DNA from: Bifidobacterium breve
GTDB lineage: Bacteria; Actinomycetota; Actinomycetes; Nanopelagicales; Nanopelagicaceae
Assembly (NCBI GenBank): GCA_945866305.1
Contig: CAMBGS010000001.1
Coordinates: 148-64,147, forward strand
Length of the DNA: 64,000 nt
Direction of reading: 5' to 3'
Numbering within the stretch: the first letter of the stretch is position 1; each line of letters begins with the position of its first letter. Positions 1-8,623 of this stretch are shown piece by piece. The notes under the pieces are model-generated. The model was not told the DNA's origin and searched no databases. It was given only the letters and a program-made list of their open reading frames with translations. Both the position numbers and the translations under genes were made by a program.

Positions 1-464
1 ACCGCTAAATCGTATGAAGAATCTCGACCGATAACTTTGGCGGTGTATTCCTGTCCGCTATTTAAGGTTACGTTAATTGTTCCTTTGCCTGTTACCGCTC
101 CAGCGATTACGTGATTATTGGTAAGAATGTAACCATTACTTTCAATTACAAAACCGGTACCGGTTGCACCACCATTTTTTGTACCCGCTTCAATTGACAC
201 AACGGAGGGAATCACCCGTTTTGCAAGATCAGCAACTGATCCTGGCGCTCGTTCGATCGAATCAGATGTACGAGAAATATTTATCGAGTGTCCAAAGAGT
301 GATCCAGATGATGATGCCCCAAAAATAGAACCAACCAACCCAGCGACAAAGGCTAAGAGGATCGCGTTCGACCGAGTGATTAGGTTAGATTTCCCATTTT
401 TAGTTGCAGGTATCCACCAGGGTCCATTTGAGCCAGGCGCACCTGATGGTTGTGAATTACTCAT
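1..464 (-). CDS. htrA: HtrA/DegP-family trypsin-like serine protease, 5' part (runs off the window start)
   Basis: Not in the ORF track; translated by hand from ATG 464: MSNSQPSGAPGSNGPWW...TM helix AILLAFVAGLVGSIFG...VIPSVVSIEAG...GTGFVIESNGYILTNNHVIAGA, the catalytic-His motif of S1C proteases. Confidence 0.9.
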   Translation of the reverse strand, partial: MSNSQPSGAPGSNGPWWIPATKNGKSNLITRSNAILLAFVAGLVGSIFGASSSGSLFGHSINISRTSDSIERAPGSVADLAKRVIPSVVSIEAGTKNGGATGTGFVIESNGYILTNNHVIAGAVTGKGTINVTLNSGQEYTAKVIGRDSSYDLA

Positions 465-476
465 ATGCCTATCTTC

Positions 477-1121
477 CTACAATTTTGTAGCAAGTAACAA
501 ACCATCACCGACCGGTATGAGTGAAGTCACCCAAAGGTCTACCTGGTTTTTCAGTGATTTCCCAGCCTCGCGAAGCGCAACGGTTTTTGGGTCGCGCTGT
601 GCTGGATCTGAAACCTTCTCGCCTCCGAAGAAATTATCGATAACGAATACTCCACCACTACGCAGAATGCGATGCGCTTCATTTATTGCAAATGGTAAAT
701 CTTCTGGGTCGTGACGGAATATAACCATGTCGTATGCGCGATCCGTCAACTTTGTAACTACTTCCATTGCAGGATTGGTGATTAGGCGAAAGCGAGCGGC
801 TGCAATATCTGCATCTAATAGCGCGATCTTTGCGGCATTGCTGTGTTCCATCTCGTTATCAATAGATGTGAGTGTGCCACTTGCCATCATGCCTTCCAAA
901 ACCCATAGCGCACCAACACCTGAGCCGGTTCCTATTTCAACAACTGACTGTGCCGATAAAATGTGAGCTAAATGTTTTAGGTATGCACCTGTTCCTGTGG
1001 TGGCATCCGTTGCACCCATTTCCTCGCCAACAGCGCGCGCATTTCTCTTGACTTCATCTTCGGGAAGGAAATTTTCTGCATAAGTATGTGGGTCAATCAT
1101 CATTTGAGTGTCGTTAGCCAT
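477..1121 (-). CDS. SAM-dependent O-methyltransferase (Methyltransf_3-like)
   Basis: VVEIGTGSGVG SAM-binding motif, LRSGGVFVIDN, C-terminal PVGDGLLLA; usual neighbour of htrA in Actinobacteria. Confidence 0.85.
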   Translation of the reverse strand: MANDTQMMIDPHTYAENFLPEDEVKRNARAVGEEMGATDATTGTGAYLKHLAHILSAQSVVEIGTGSGVGALWVLEGMMASGTLTSIDNEMEHSNAAKIALLDADIAAARFRLITNPAMEVVTKLTDRAYDMVIFRHDPEDLPFAINEAHRILRSGGVFVIDNFFGGEKVSDPAQRDPKTVALREAGKSLKNQVDLWVTSLIPVGDGLLLATKL

Positions 1122-2635
1122 TCAATGAGAAGTCGGACCCCAAAGCCAGTTCCACCTTTAGGGTTTTCGCCAGAATCGGCTTCGCTGCGTGCTACTCCGG
1201 CGATATCAAAGTGAACCCAGGTGTGTTCTCCAGCAAATTGCTCTAAAAAGAGCGCTGCAGTAATTGAGCCAGCGCTAAATTTTTTCTTAGCAGTAACGTG
1301 GCTAAGGTCTGCAATCGGACTTTCTAGCGCTTCTTGATAATCATCAACTAGTGGCATATGCCAGACTCGATCACCCGAACGCTGTCCTGCTTCATAAAAA
1401 TCTCTTGCCAAGCTTTCATCGCGCGTATACATCGCAGCGTGCTGTCTTCCTAAGCCTAAGGTTGCGGCACCAGTAAGGGTTGCGATGTCAATTATGTAAT
1501 CTGGATTTAGGTTCTTAACTGCATAAGAGATGCCATCCGCTAATACCAATCTGCCTTCAGCATCAGTATCTAATATTTCAACGGTCTTTCCACCATATTG
1601 GGTGATGACATCACTCGGGCGCTGAGCAGTTCCGGAGAGCGCATTTTCTGCCAGCATCATTAATACGGTCACGTGTATATGGGGTTGAAAATGTGAAAGT
1701 ACGCTGATTGCACCAAGTGCTGCAGCAGATCCTGCCATATCCGATTTCATCGCCATCATTACGTCGTAGGGGCGCTTTAATGAAATTCCACCAGTGTCAA
1801 AAGTAATTCCCTTGCCAACAATTACCACATGCGGAAGTGTCCCAGCGCTTTTTTTCATACCTCGTGGATGGTAAGTAATTTCTACAAAACGAGGCCCGGG
1901 GTTGGGAGATGAGTTTCCAACCGCACGTAGCCCGCCAAACTCGGCTAACTCTTTGCCAGCCAGTATTCGAATTTCAAGCCCGTTTTCTTCCGCAATTTTC
2001 TCTGCCTCATTGGCTATCCAGAGTGGAGTCTTAATATTTGAAGGTGTATGTATCAAATCTCGGGTGCGGGAAATTGCGCTGGCAATAACTCCGGCATCAT
2101 TTATTACCTCTGGTTTTTCAGTAGCGAATAAAAATTGTGGTAGTTCTTGTGCCGCACCAGTTTTTTGTGTCCATATATATGCACCAAGTTGTACTGAAAT
2201 GGCAAAAGCCTTTAATTGTTCATGTCCTGCAACACAGATTGATGAGATAACTGTGGCTTTGCCGCGACCTCTGCGTCCCAGCGCCGCACCAGCTTGGCGA
2301 AGCGAAGGAGTAGTTGCATCTCCGAGCCCAAGTAAGAGAATACGGTCGGCTTGCATTTGATCAACCGAAACTGGAATTTCAAATAACTCGCCTGCTTTGC
2401 CGGTAGCAGAGAAGAATTCCAATTCATCTCGCAAATTTAAATCAAATAATTTTTCTAACTTTTTTACGAGTGCACTGTTGGCTGGAAAATCAAAAGCTGC
2501 GGGTGTGCTGGAATCGGCGGTAAACCCAATTGCAATCGCCTGTGAATCCGCGAGCGCATCGATTGAAACCTCGATCGGAGTGAGTAGCGAGGCAGAAAAT
2601 TTTGAGTGTGGTTTAGGCGCAGTCTTAGTGGTCAT
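1100..2635 (-). CDS. pepA: Leucyl aminopeptidase (M17)
   Basis: VGKGITFDTGG, MKSDMAG, (D)TDAEGRL and DIATLTGA metal-binding motifs; start taken at ATG 2635. Confidence 0.92.
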   Translation of the reverse strand: MTTKTAPKPHSKFSASLLTPIEVSIDALADSQAIAIGFTADSSTPAAFDFPANSALVKKLEKLFDLNLRDELEFFSATGKAGELFEIPVSVDQMQADRILLLGLGDATTPSLRQAGAALGRRGRGKATVISSICVAGHEQLKAFAISVQLGAYIWTQKTGAAQELPQFLFATEKPEVINDAGVIASAISRTRDLIHTPSNIKTPLWIANEAEKIAEENGLEIRILAGKELAEFGGLRAVGNSSPNPGPRFVEITYHPRGMKKSAGTLPHVVIVGKGITFDTGGISLKRPYDVMMAMKSDMAGSAAALGAISVLSHFQPHIHVTVLMMLAENALSGTAQRPSDVITQYGGKTVEILDTDAEGRLVLADGISYAVKNLNPDYIIDIATLTGAATLGLGRQHAAMYTRDESLARDFYEAGQRSGDRVWHMPLVDDYQEALESPIADLSHVTAKKKFSAGSITAALFLEQFAGEHTWVHFDIAGVARSEADSGENPKGGTGFGVRLLIEWLTTLK

Positions 2636-2705
2636 GATTGCCAAAGGCTAGCGAGTGCCAGCCCAGAAAGTGCAGTTGGAAGGTAAAAAAATGGGTTAAA
2701 TTGAA

Positions 2706-2885
2706 TTACTTTTTGATTAAAGCCACAGCGGCTTCGAGGGCGGCGCTGAGGTTATTTGCTTCTTGCGGATTCATTTCAACAACTAGGCGTCCCCCGCCTT
2801 CAAGTGGAATTCGCATAACTAGCGAGCGCGCTTCCTTGGTTACTTCCATTGGTCCATCACCGGTACGAGGTTTCATGGCTGCCAT
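2706..2885 (-). CDS. DUF3117-family small protein (59 aa)
   Basis: Missed by the ORF track. Hand translation MAAMKPRTGDGPMEVTKEARSLVMRIPLEGGGRLVVEMNPQEANNLSAALEAAVALIKK matches the conserved actinobacterial MAAMKPRTGDGP...PLEGGGRLVVE pattern; strong SD AAAGGAG upstream. Confidence 0.9.
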   Translation of the reverse strand: MAAMKPRTGDGPMEVTKEARSLVMRIPLEGGGRLVVEMNPQEANNLSAALEAAVALIKK

Positions 2886-3022
2886 TGGGAAGTCTCCTTT
2901 TATTACCTATTTACTACCGAAGATGAGTGAGCCTTTATGGGCGCCACCCGTATTGCAGGGAATTGCAGAGGATAAGTATCTCGTATATCTGGCTAGGTAT
3001 GAAATCGGAGAGGCGGGCGCTC

Positions 3023-3217
3023 CTAAGCCAGCCCAAGTAGAGCGGTAATTCGCGCCTTTCCTGATGCCATAACCGCCACAACCGATTTTTCGGGCACGCC
3101 GAGCATTTGTGCGATCTCTTGGCTTGGAAGTGATCGCAGGTAATGCAGCGACAAAATAATTCGCTCTTCTTCCGGTAACTGCGCCAAGGCGTCCGAGAGG
3201 GATAAGGGCGCGGTCAT
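3023..3217 (-). CDS. Stand-alone sigma-70 region 4 (HTH) protein, 64 aa
   Basis: LSDALAQLPEEERIILSLHYLRSLPSQEIAQMLGV resembles sigma region 4; a -10-like TAACCT lies 7 nt upstream of ATG 3217. Confidence 0.7.
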   Translation of the reverse strand: MTAPLSLSDALAQLPEEERIILSLHYLRSLPSQEIAQMLGVPEKSVVAVMASGKARITALLGLA

Positions 3218-3227
3218 AGGAGCAAGG

Positions 3228-3683
3228 TTACTCGGGTGGACGAAGCGATGTGGAGAGGCGAGCCAGTGATATTCGTACACCAATCCATAAAAATGGAAAT
3301 ATCACTAAGAATTGCAGGCGAGAGCAATCAATATCTTCAGACCAATTAAATCGCGTCGTATTTCTAGAAATTTCAACCAACTCGAAGGTTCCGGCGCCGC
3401 GTAAATATTTGCCTGTATGCATAACATCGCAACGAGCTGGTGGTTGCCAACTTGTAACAATCATTGTGTCCAACAAACCAAGTTTTGAAAAGAGCGGATA
3501 GCGTTTATAGAAGGGTCCAGTAAATGCAGCAATTGTTGTTCCAACTCCTTCACGTATTTCAGAAGTAACCCAAACTTTGCTTTGTAGCATCCAGCGCCCT
3601 TGGCCTTCCCAATCCGCGATCGCTTCCCAAGCGCGCACGCGATCGCAAGGAAGATTTACGGAGAGCTTTATATTGTGAGTCAT
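3228..3683 (-). CDS. SRPBCC/START-fold (polyketide cyclase-like) protein
   Basis: RAWEAIADWEGQGRWM...DTMIVTSWQPPARCDVMHTG...TRFNWSE pattern typical of actinobacterial SRPBCC proteins. Confidence 0.75.
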   Translation of the reverse strand: MTHNIKLSVNLPCDRVRAWEAIADWEGQGRWMLQSKVWVTSEIREGVGTTIAAFTGPFYKRYPLFSKLGLLDTMIVTSWQPPARCDVMHTGKYLRGAGTFELVEISRNTTRFNWSEDIDCSRLQFLVIFPFLWIGVRISLARLSTSLRPPE

Positions 3684-3701
3684 AGCTAATTCAGTGATTA
3701 T

Positions 3702-4241
3702 CTATTTCGAACCAGCAGCGATGTCGAGAGCTTGGTCGATACTTGTGGCCCAATGCAAAAGTTCTCGTTGTCCAGGCTTTACAAAGCCATGTTCTTCTAA
3801 GTGGTCGATCAAAGTAGCAAGGGGTGCATATAAATCAAATGGGTCTAAGACAATTACTGGCTTGGTATGAAACTTTAGAAAGCGACCTACCCAAATTTCA
3901 AAGAGCTCTTCTAAGGTGCCGATTCCGCCAGGTAGTGCGATAAAAGCATCTGATAGATCTTCAATCATTGCCTTTCGGTTACGCATCGAATCAACAACGT
4001 GCAGCTCGTCGCATTCTTTATCTGCAAATTCGATATCAACTAATCGTTGTGGGATAACTCCGATTGTTCGTCCCCCAGATTCACGTGCCCCACGCGAGAC
4101 CGCTCCCATTGCAGATATATGTCCACCGCCTGAGACCAATTCCCAGGATCGCATTGCTATGCCTGCGCCGAGACTGTGCGCTAACTCAATATATTTTGGG
4201 TCAATGGTCTGTGAGGAAGAGCAATAAACGGCGATACGCAT
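3702..4241 (-). CDS. LOG-family nucleotide 5'-monophosphate phosphoribohydrolase (TIGR00730-like)
   Basis: LVSGGG, MRNRK and the PGGIGTLEE (PGGxGTxxE) signature. Confidence 0.88.
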   Translation of the reverse strand: MRIAVYCSSSQTIDPKYIELAHSLGAGIAMRSWELVSGGGHISAMGAVSRGARESGGRTIGVIPQRLVDIEFADKECDELHVVDSMRNRKAMIEDLSDAFIALPGGIGTLEELFEIWVGRFLKFHTKPVIVLDPFDLYAPLATLIDHLEEHGFVKPGQRELLHWATSIDQALDIAAGSK

Positions 4242-4271
4242 GAGCCAAAGAATAGGGGTTAGGCTTATCGC
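4242..4271. promoter_or_regulatory. Back-to-back putative leaderless promoters for LOG and dapD
   Basis: Plus strand TAGGCT (4260-4265) + 6 nt + ATG 4272; minus strand TATTCT + 7 nt + ATG 4241; no SD on either side. Confidence 0.6.
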
Positions 4272-5210
4272 ATGTCTTCATCAAAGCAAACGCCTTCTGC
4301 TCTGGCATCTGGGCACGGAATTGCCACTTTATCTGGCACTACCGTTCTCGATGTTTGGTTTCCAAACCCATCACTTGGCGCGCTAACCGGTCAACCAGAG
4401 AAATCACTTTCATCTCTCGTCGGAGTAGATGAAGTTAGAAAAGTTAAGCGTGAGTTAGTTGCAATTGAAATTGATCTTGCCAGCGCCCCGCAAAACACTG
4501 CCGATGCTTATCTTCGCCTTCACTTACTTTCACATCGATTAGTTAAGCCACATGGCGCTGTGATGGATGGAATTTTTGGACTATTAACTAATGTTGTTTG
4601 GACATCTGCTGGTCCTTGCGCTGTTGAAGGTTTCGATGAAGTCCGCGCTGCTCTTCACCTGAAATTTGGCCACGTCACAGTATTTAGCGTAGACAAGTTC
4701 CCACGTATGGTTGATTACGTAATCCCTAGCGGCGTCCGCATTGCAGATGCTGACCGAGTAAGACTTGGTGCGCACTTAGCACCGGGTACAACAGTTATGC
4801 ATGAAGGTTTCATTAATTTCAATGCTGGAACGCTAGGAACCTCAATGGTTGAAGGACGCATTTCTGCAGGTGTCGTTGTCGGTGATGGCAGCGATGTTGG
4901 AGGCGGCGCTTCCATTATGGGCACCCTAAGCGGAGGTGGAAAAGAAGTCATCTCTGTTGGAGAAAAATGCTTGCTCGGCGCAAACTCTGGTCTTGGTATT
5001 TCACTCGGCAACAACTGTGTGATTGAGGCTGGAACATATGTAACCGCTGCTGCAAAAGTACGTCTGCCAGATGGTGAAATTGTAAAAGCTGGTGCGCTTT
5101 CAGGTGCAAGCGATCTTCTCTTTAGACGTAACTCACTGGATGGCTGCTTAGAAGTTGTAGCGCGCACAGGTACTTGGGGTGGGCTTAACTCAATACTTCA
5201 CGCCAACTAG
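4272..5210 (+). CDS. dapD: Tetrahydrodipicolinate N-succinyltransferase (actinobacterial type)
   Basis: DAYLRLHLLSHRLVKPH, VDKFPRMVDYVIPSGVRIADADRVRLGAHL, hexapeptide repeats. Confidence 0.95.
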   Translation: MSSSKQTPSALASGHGIATLSGTTVLDVWFPNPSLGALTGQPEKSLSSLVGVDEVRKVKRELVAIEIDLASAPQNTADAYLRLHLLSHRLVKPHGAVMDGIFGLLTNVVWTSAGPCAVEGFDEVRAALHLKFGHVTVFSVDKFPRMVDYVIPSGVRIADADRVRLGAHLAPGTTVMHEGFINFNAGTLGTSMVEGRISAGVVVGDGSDVGGGASIMGTLSGGGKEVISVGEKCLLGANSGLGISLGNNCVIEAGTYVTAAAKVRLPDGEIVKAGALSGASDLLFRRNSLDGCLEVVARTGTWGGLNSILHAN

Positions 5211-5213
5211 CAA

Positions 5214-6464
5214 TTACGAAACAACTATAGAAAACCACGCAGACGGTAATTTGCTTCGGCTTCTAAAAGTTTCACCCGTTAGTGTCGCCGTCGCTCCTGT
5301 AGACGAAGTTGCCTGAATCTGATCAACCGTCCCAACTGGGTTTAGCGAAAGAACCTGCAACGAAACGACATCGGGCAAAAGAAATGCAGATGCAATAACC
5401 GCTTGGCTGATCTGCCGCGACCAAGTTGCAAATTTTGGATTTAACTTAACATCAGCGCTCGCTGTATCAGAAACGCTCAATGTGTATGGGGTTGCAGTAC
5501 CCCAAGCATGCTCTGAAGTTTCAGTAACGCCACCGGTAGACGACGTAAAATACGCCGTGATCGGTAAGCCATCGTAAGTAATTATCTGACCAACAGTGCT
5601 ATCTACCGCGTTCTTCCAGAACTTTCCATAAATTGCTTCACTCTCTTTGGAAAATCCAACGAAGGATTGATCGCTTATAGACCCGTATAAGTGACAGCCA
5701 CAAGTGCTCCGAATACTTAAAGATTTCGCCAGAGCGTAAGTTCGGGAAGCGATCGCTTGCGCTTGCAGCGCAGCGAATGGCCAAGATGAAGGAACCTCAC
5801 CAATCCCCCATAAATATTCATCTTGTAACCTGACAGAGTTAATTACCTCCAAACGGTTTCCCAGTAATTTATCTTTTATAACTCTAAATTGGATCTGCCC
5901 GTAGCGATACTTAGTTACCAACGCATTATTAGTTACGGAAACAACGGTTGGCGTACCATCCATATATCGAGTGCCGCTCCAGCGGAGCGTAAATGATTTT
6001 CCGCTGGTTATTGGCGTGATTTTCGATCCACGGGTAGTTGAGATATTTAGATGGCTACTTGATAAATCTACATTCAGCGTGGTTTTGCTCGGTAGCGTTA
6101 AAACGGCTTCAGCACTTTGGGTCTCTGATAACGCTCCGGCGAAGAGTTGTAATTTCGCTCCGCTAGAATCACTTCTTAGCTTCGTCGACTTTAGTAAATG
6201 GCCAATGTTTATAAGCAAAATCTGTGAATCTGTCGCCGTTTCAACTTTGGTTCCACTGTAGTAATAATTCAAGATAGCAGTTGCTGATTCGCCAGCAAGT
6301 GCCTTGGCGCGTGCACCAATCTGGCTCATTCCAACGCCATGCCCATATCCACTACCTGTAAATGAAAAATTTGTGGGTACTGCAGCTGCGCTATTTGTTA
6401 GCGGCAATAAAGTTAAAGATAAAACGGCAGTCATTGCCACAGAGAATCGCTTAAAAAGAGCCAT
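5214..6464 (-). CDS. Secreted SpoIID/LytB-domain protein (putative lytic transglycosylase)
   Basis: Signal peptide; GSGYGHGVGMSQIGA and ILNYYYSG near the N-terminus; YLWGIGEVPSSWP-ALQAQAIASRTYA core; YFTSSTGGVTE. Confidence 0.85.
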   Translation of the reverse strand: MALFKRFSVAMTAVLSLTLLPLTNSAAAVPTNFSFTGSGYGHGVGMSQIGARAKALAGESATAILNYYYSGTKVETATDSQILLINIGHLLKSTKLRSDSSGAKLQLFAGALSETQSAEAVLTLPSKTTLNVDLSSSHLNISTTRGSKITPITSGKSFTLRWSGTRYMDGTPTVVSVTNNALVTKYRYGQIQFRVIKDKLLGNRLEVINSVRLQDEYLWGIGEVPSSWPFAALQAQAIASRTYALAKSLSIRSTCGCHLYGSISDQSFVGFSKESEAIYGKFWKNAVDSTVGQIITYDGLPITAYFTSSTGGVTETSEHAWGTATPYTLSVSDTASADVKLNPKFATWSRQISQAVIASAFLLPDVVSLQVLSLNPVGTVDQIQATSSTGATATLTGETFRSRSKLPSAWFSIVVS

Positions 6465-6467
6465 TTC

Positions 6468-7451
6468 TTAGCGCAACGTTTTAGTTGAGGAGACGTAGCC
6501 TGCGCCCCAAGCAAAATGCATAGTAGGGATGATAGCGAGCAATGAAATGAATTCTCGGGCAGATTTCGCAATCAAGATTGATGAAGTTAGTAGAAAGACT
6601 CCATAAACGGCTGCTGGTAGAAAAAAGAATGGATGAATTAACAACCCGAGAATTATTGAAGTAAATGTTCCAAGAAGCGTGAAGGGCGGCGCAAGATAAC
6701 GTAGATTTACAGTTCCGGGATGGCTTCTGGAAACCACTCTGCGCCAACGTCCATATTGAAAATATTGTTTTGCAAGTTTTCTTATACTAGGCCGTGGTCT
6801 ATATGTGACTTGCAACCGTGGATCAAAATAAATTTTTCCGCCGTTTTTGCGAAGTCGGTGATTTAACTCCCAATCTTGGGCGCGGGTATATCTCTCATCA
6901 AATCCACCAACAGCGTTGATTGCTTCACGCCGAAATGCTCCTAGATAAACGGTGTCTACCTCTCCAGCATTACCGCCAGTGTGAAAACGTGAGGCCCCTA
7001 CACCAAGTGGACTGCGCATAGCGCGAGAGACGGCGACTTCAAATTTTGTCACGCCCTCTGCAGCCATTACTCCACCAACGTTAACTGCACCAGATTCTCG
7101 CAAAATCGACACTGCAAGTGAGAGATAGTTATCTGGGATTTTGGCGTGGCCATCGACTCGAACAATCACTGGACTTTCAGATGCTGCAATTGCCAAATTT
7201 AGGCCCGCTGCTGTTTTTCCAGATGGGTTTGTCACTATTTTTACCCGACTATCACGCGCAGCTAATTTCTCTGCAATAACGTTGGTCTGATCATGTGATG
7301 GACCAAGCGCAAGAATAATTTCAAAAGAGCCGATGTAATCCTGAGAAAGGATTGCAGTCACCGATTCAGCTAAATGTGCTTCTTCATTTAGGACTGGAAG
7401 GATGACGCTAATTGCCGGTGAGACAGATAACTCGCCCATAGATGTCGACAT
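6468..7451 (-). CDS. Glycosyltransferase family 2 (ExoA-like)
   Basis: ISVILPVLNEE, VRVDGH, GGFDER..AQDWELN, QYFQYGRWR and C-terminal TM helices. Confidence 0.88.
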   Translation of the reverse strand: MSTSMGELSVSPAISVILPVLNEEAHLAESVTAILSQDYIGSFEIILALGPSHDQTNVIAEKLAARDSRVKIVTNPSGKTAAGLNLAIAASESPVIVRVDGHAKIPDNYLSLAVSILRESGAVNVGGVMAAEGVTKFEVAVSRAMRSPLGVGASRFHTGGNAGEVDTVYLGAFRREAINAVGGFDERYTRAQDWELNHRLRKNGGKIYFDPRLQVTYRPRPSIRKLAKQYFQYGRWRRVVSRSHPGTVNLRYLAPPFTLLGTFTSIILGLLIHPFFFLPAAVYGVFLLTSSILIAKSAREFISLLAIIPTMHFAWGAGYVSSTKTLR

Positions 7452-7487
7452 AACCCCTCCACGCTATCGCCCAAGTAGAGTTCGCAT

Positions 7488-8600
7488 GTGAAATCGACGC
7501 GAGCGATAAGAATTATTACATCACTCTCTGTTGGTGTTGTCGTTCTTGCATCGGTGTCTTGGCTCGGACTTGGAGCAGTCAGTGGAAAAATCGCTCGAAT
7601 AAGTGTTTTCTCAGGATTGGAAGATCGACCTGAGAAAACCTCAAAGGCTCTCAATTATCTCTTAGTTGGATCAGATACACGTGAAGGGTTAACAAAGGCC
7701 GAACTGAAAGCTTTGCGCGTTGGAAGCACGGCGACCGCAGCTGGTGGACGGTCAGACACCATGCTGCTTGTTCATATCAGTAAAGATAGAGATAAAGCGT
7801 ATTTAGTTTCTTTTCCTCGCGATTCACTAGTGACTATTCCAGCTCACCTAAGCACTAATGGCAAAACACAGATACCTGCGCGTCAAAATAAATTAAACGC
7901 GGCTTTTGCATTTGGTGGCGCCCCTTTACTTATTGAAACCATAGAAGGTGCAACAAACTTAAAAATTGATCATTACATAGAAATAAACTTTGCCGGTTTT
8001 GCTGGAATTGTTAATTCGCTAGGTGGCATTGAAGTCTGTACAAAAGTTGATATAGATGACCCGAAAAGCCATCTTATTCTGAGCGCGGGAACACATACGC
8101 TAGATGGAATTGAAGCGCTTAAATATGTGCGAACTCGCGATTTTGACGGTCGTGGAGACATTGGACGCATGCAGAGACAGCAACAATTTATGAGTTCAGT
8201 ATTGAATAAAGCGACAAGTACTGGCGTTTTGTTGAACCCCATAAAGATTGTTAACTTTATGAATGCAGCGATCTCTACAGTCAAGATGGATGAGAATTTA
8301 AGTAAAGAAGATTTATTGGGCCTAGCCAAACAAATGCGCGGACTCTCATCTGGAAATGTTCGAACTTTGACTGTGCCACTTTCTACTGCTAACGGAAGAG
8401 TTGCGGGACTCGGTTCCGTAGTAATTTGGGATGAAACTCTGAGTGCAGATTTGTGGAATCGCATTCGTACTGATGCCGCGTTAGTTGACGAAGTAAGGCC
8501 ATCGCCATCTGCGAGCAGTTCTGCCTCTGCTAAGCCTGAAATCGTTGATAAATTCAAGACTCGCACCGCAGCAGAAAATCCGTGCGGCGAGATTAAATAG
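7488..8600 (+). CDS. LCP (LytR-CpsA-Psr) family cell-wall glycopolymer ligase
   Basis: N-terminal TM; LLVGSDTR, RSDTMLLVH, SFPRDS, KLNAAF, YVRTR and GDIGRMQRQQ motifs. Confidence 0.92.
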   Translation: MKSTRAIRIITSLSVGVVVLASVSWLGLGAVSGKIARISVFSGLEDRPEKTSKALNYLLVGSDTREGLTKAELKALRVGSTATAAGGRSDTMLLVHISKDRDKAYLVSFPRDSLVTIPAHLSTNGKTQIPARQNKLNAAFAFGGAPLLIETIEGATNLKIDHYIEINFAGFAGIVNSLGGIEVCTKVDIDDPKSHLILSAGTHTLDGIEALKYVRTRDFDGRGDIGRMQRQQQFMSSVLNKATSTGVLLNPIKIVNFMNAAISTVKMDENLSKEDLLGLAKQMRGLSSGNVRTLTVPLSTANGRVAGLGSVVIWDETLSADLWNRIRTDAALVDEVRPSPSASSSASAKPEIVDKFKTRTAAENPCGEIK

Positions 8601-8623
8601 AACTTGCCTTAGACTCTAACTCT

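Noticed and set aside
2645-2675. GAGTGCCAG CIRCE half-site upstream of pepA
   Set aside because: No complementary arm at 9-nt spacing.
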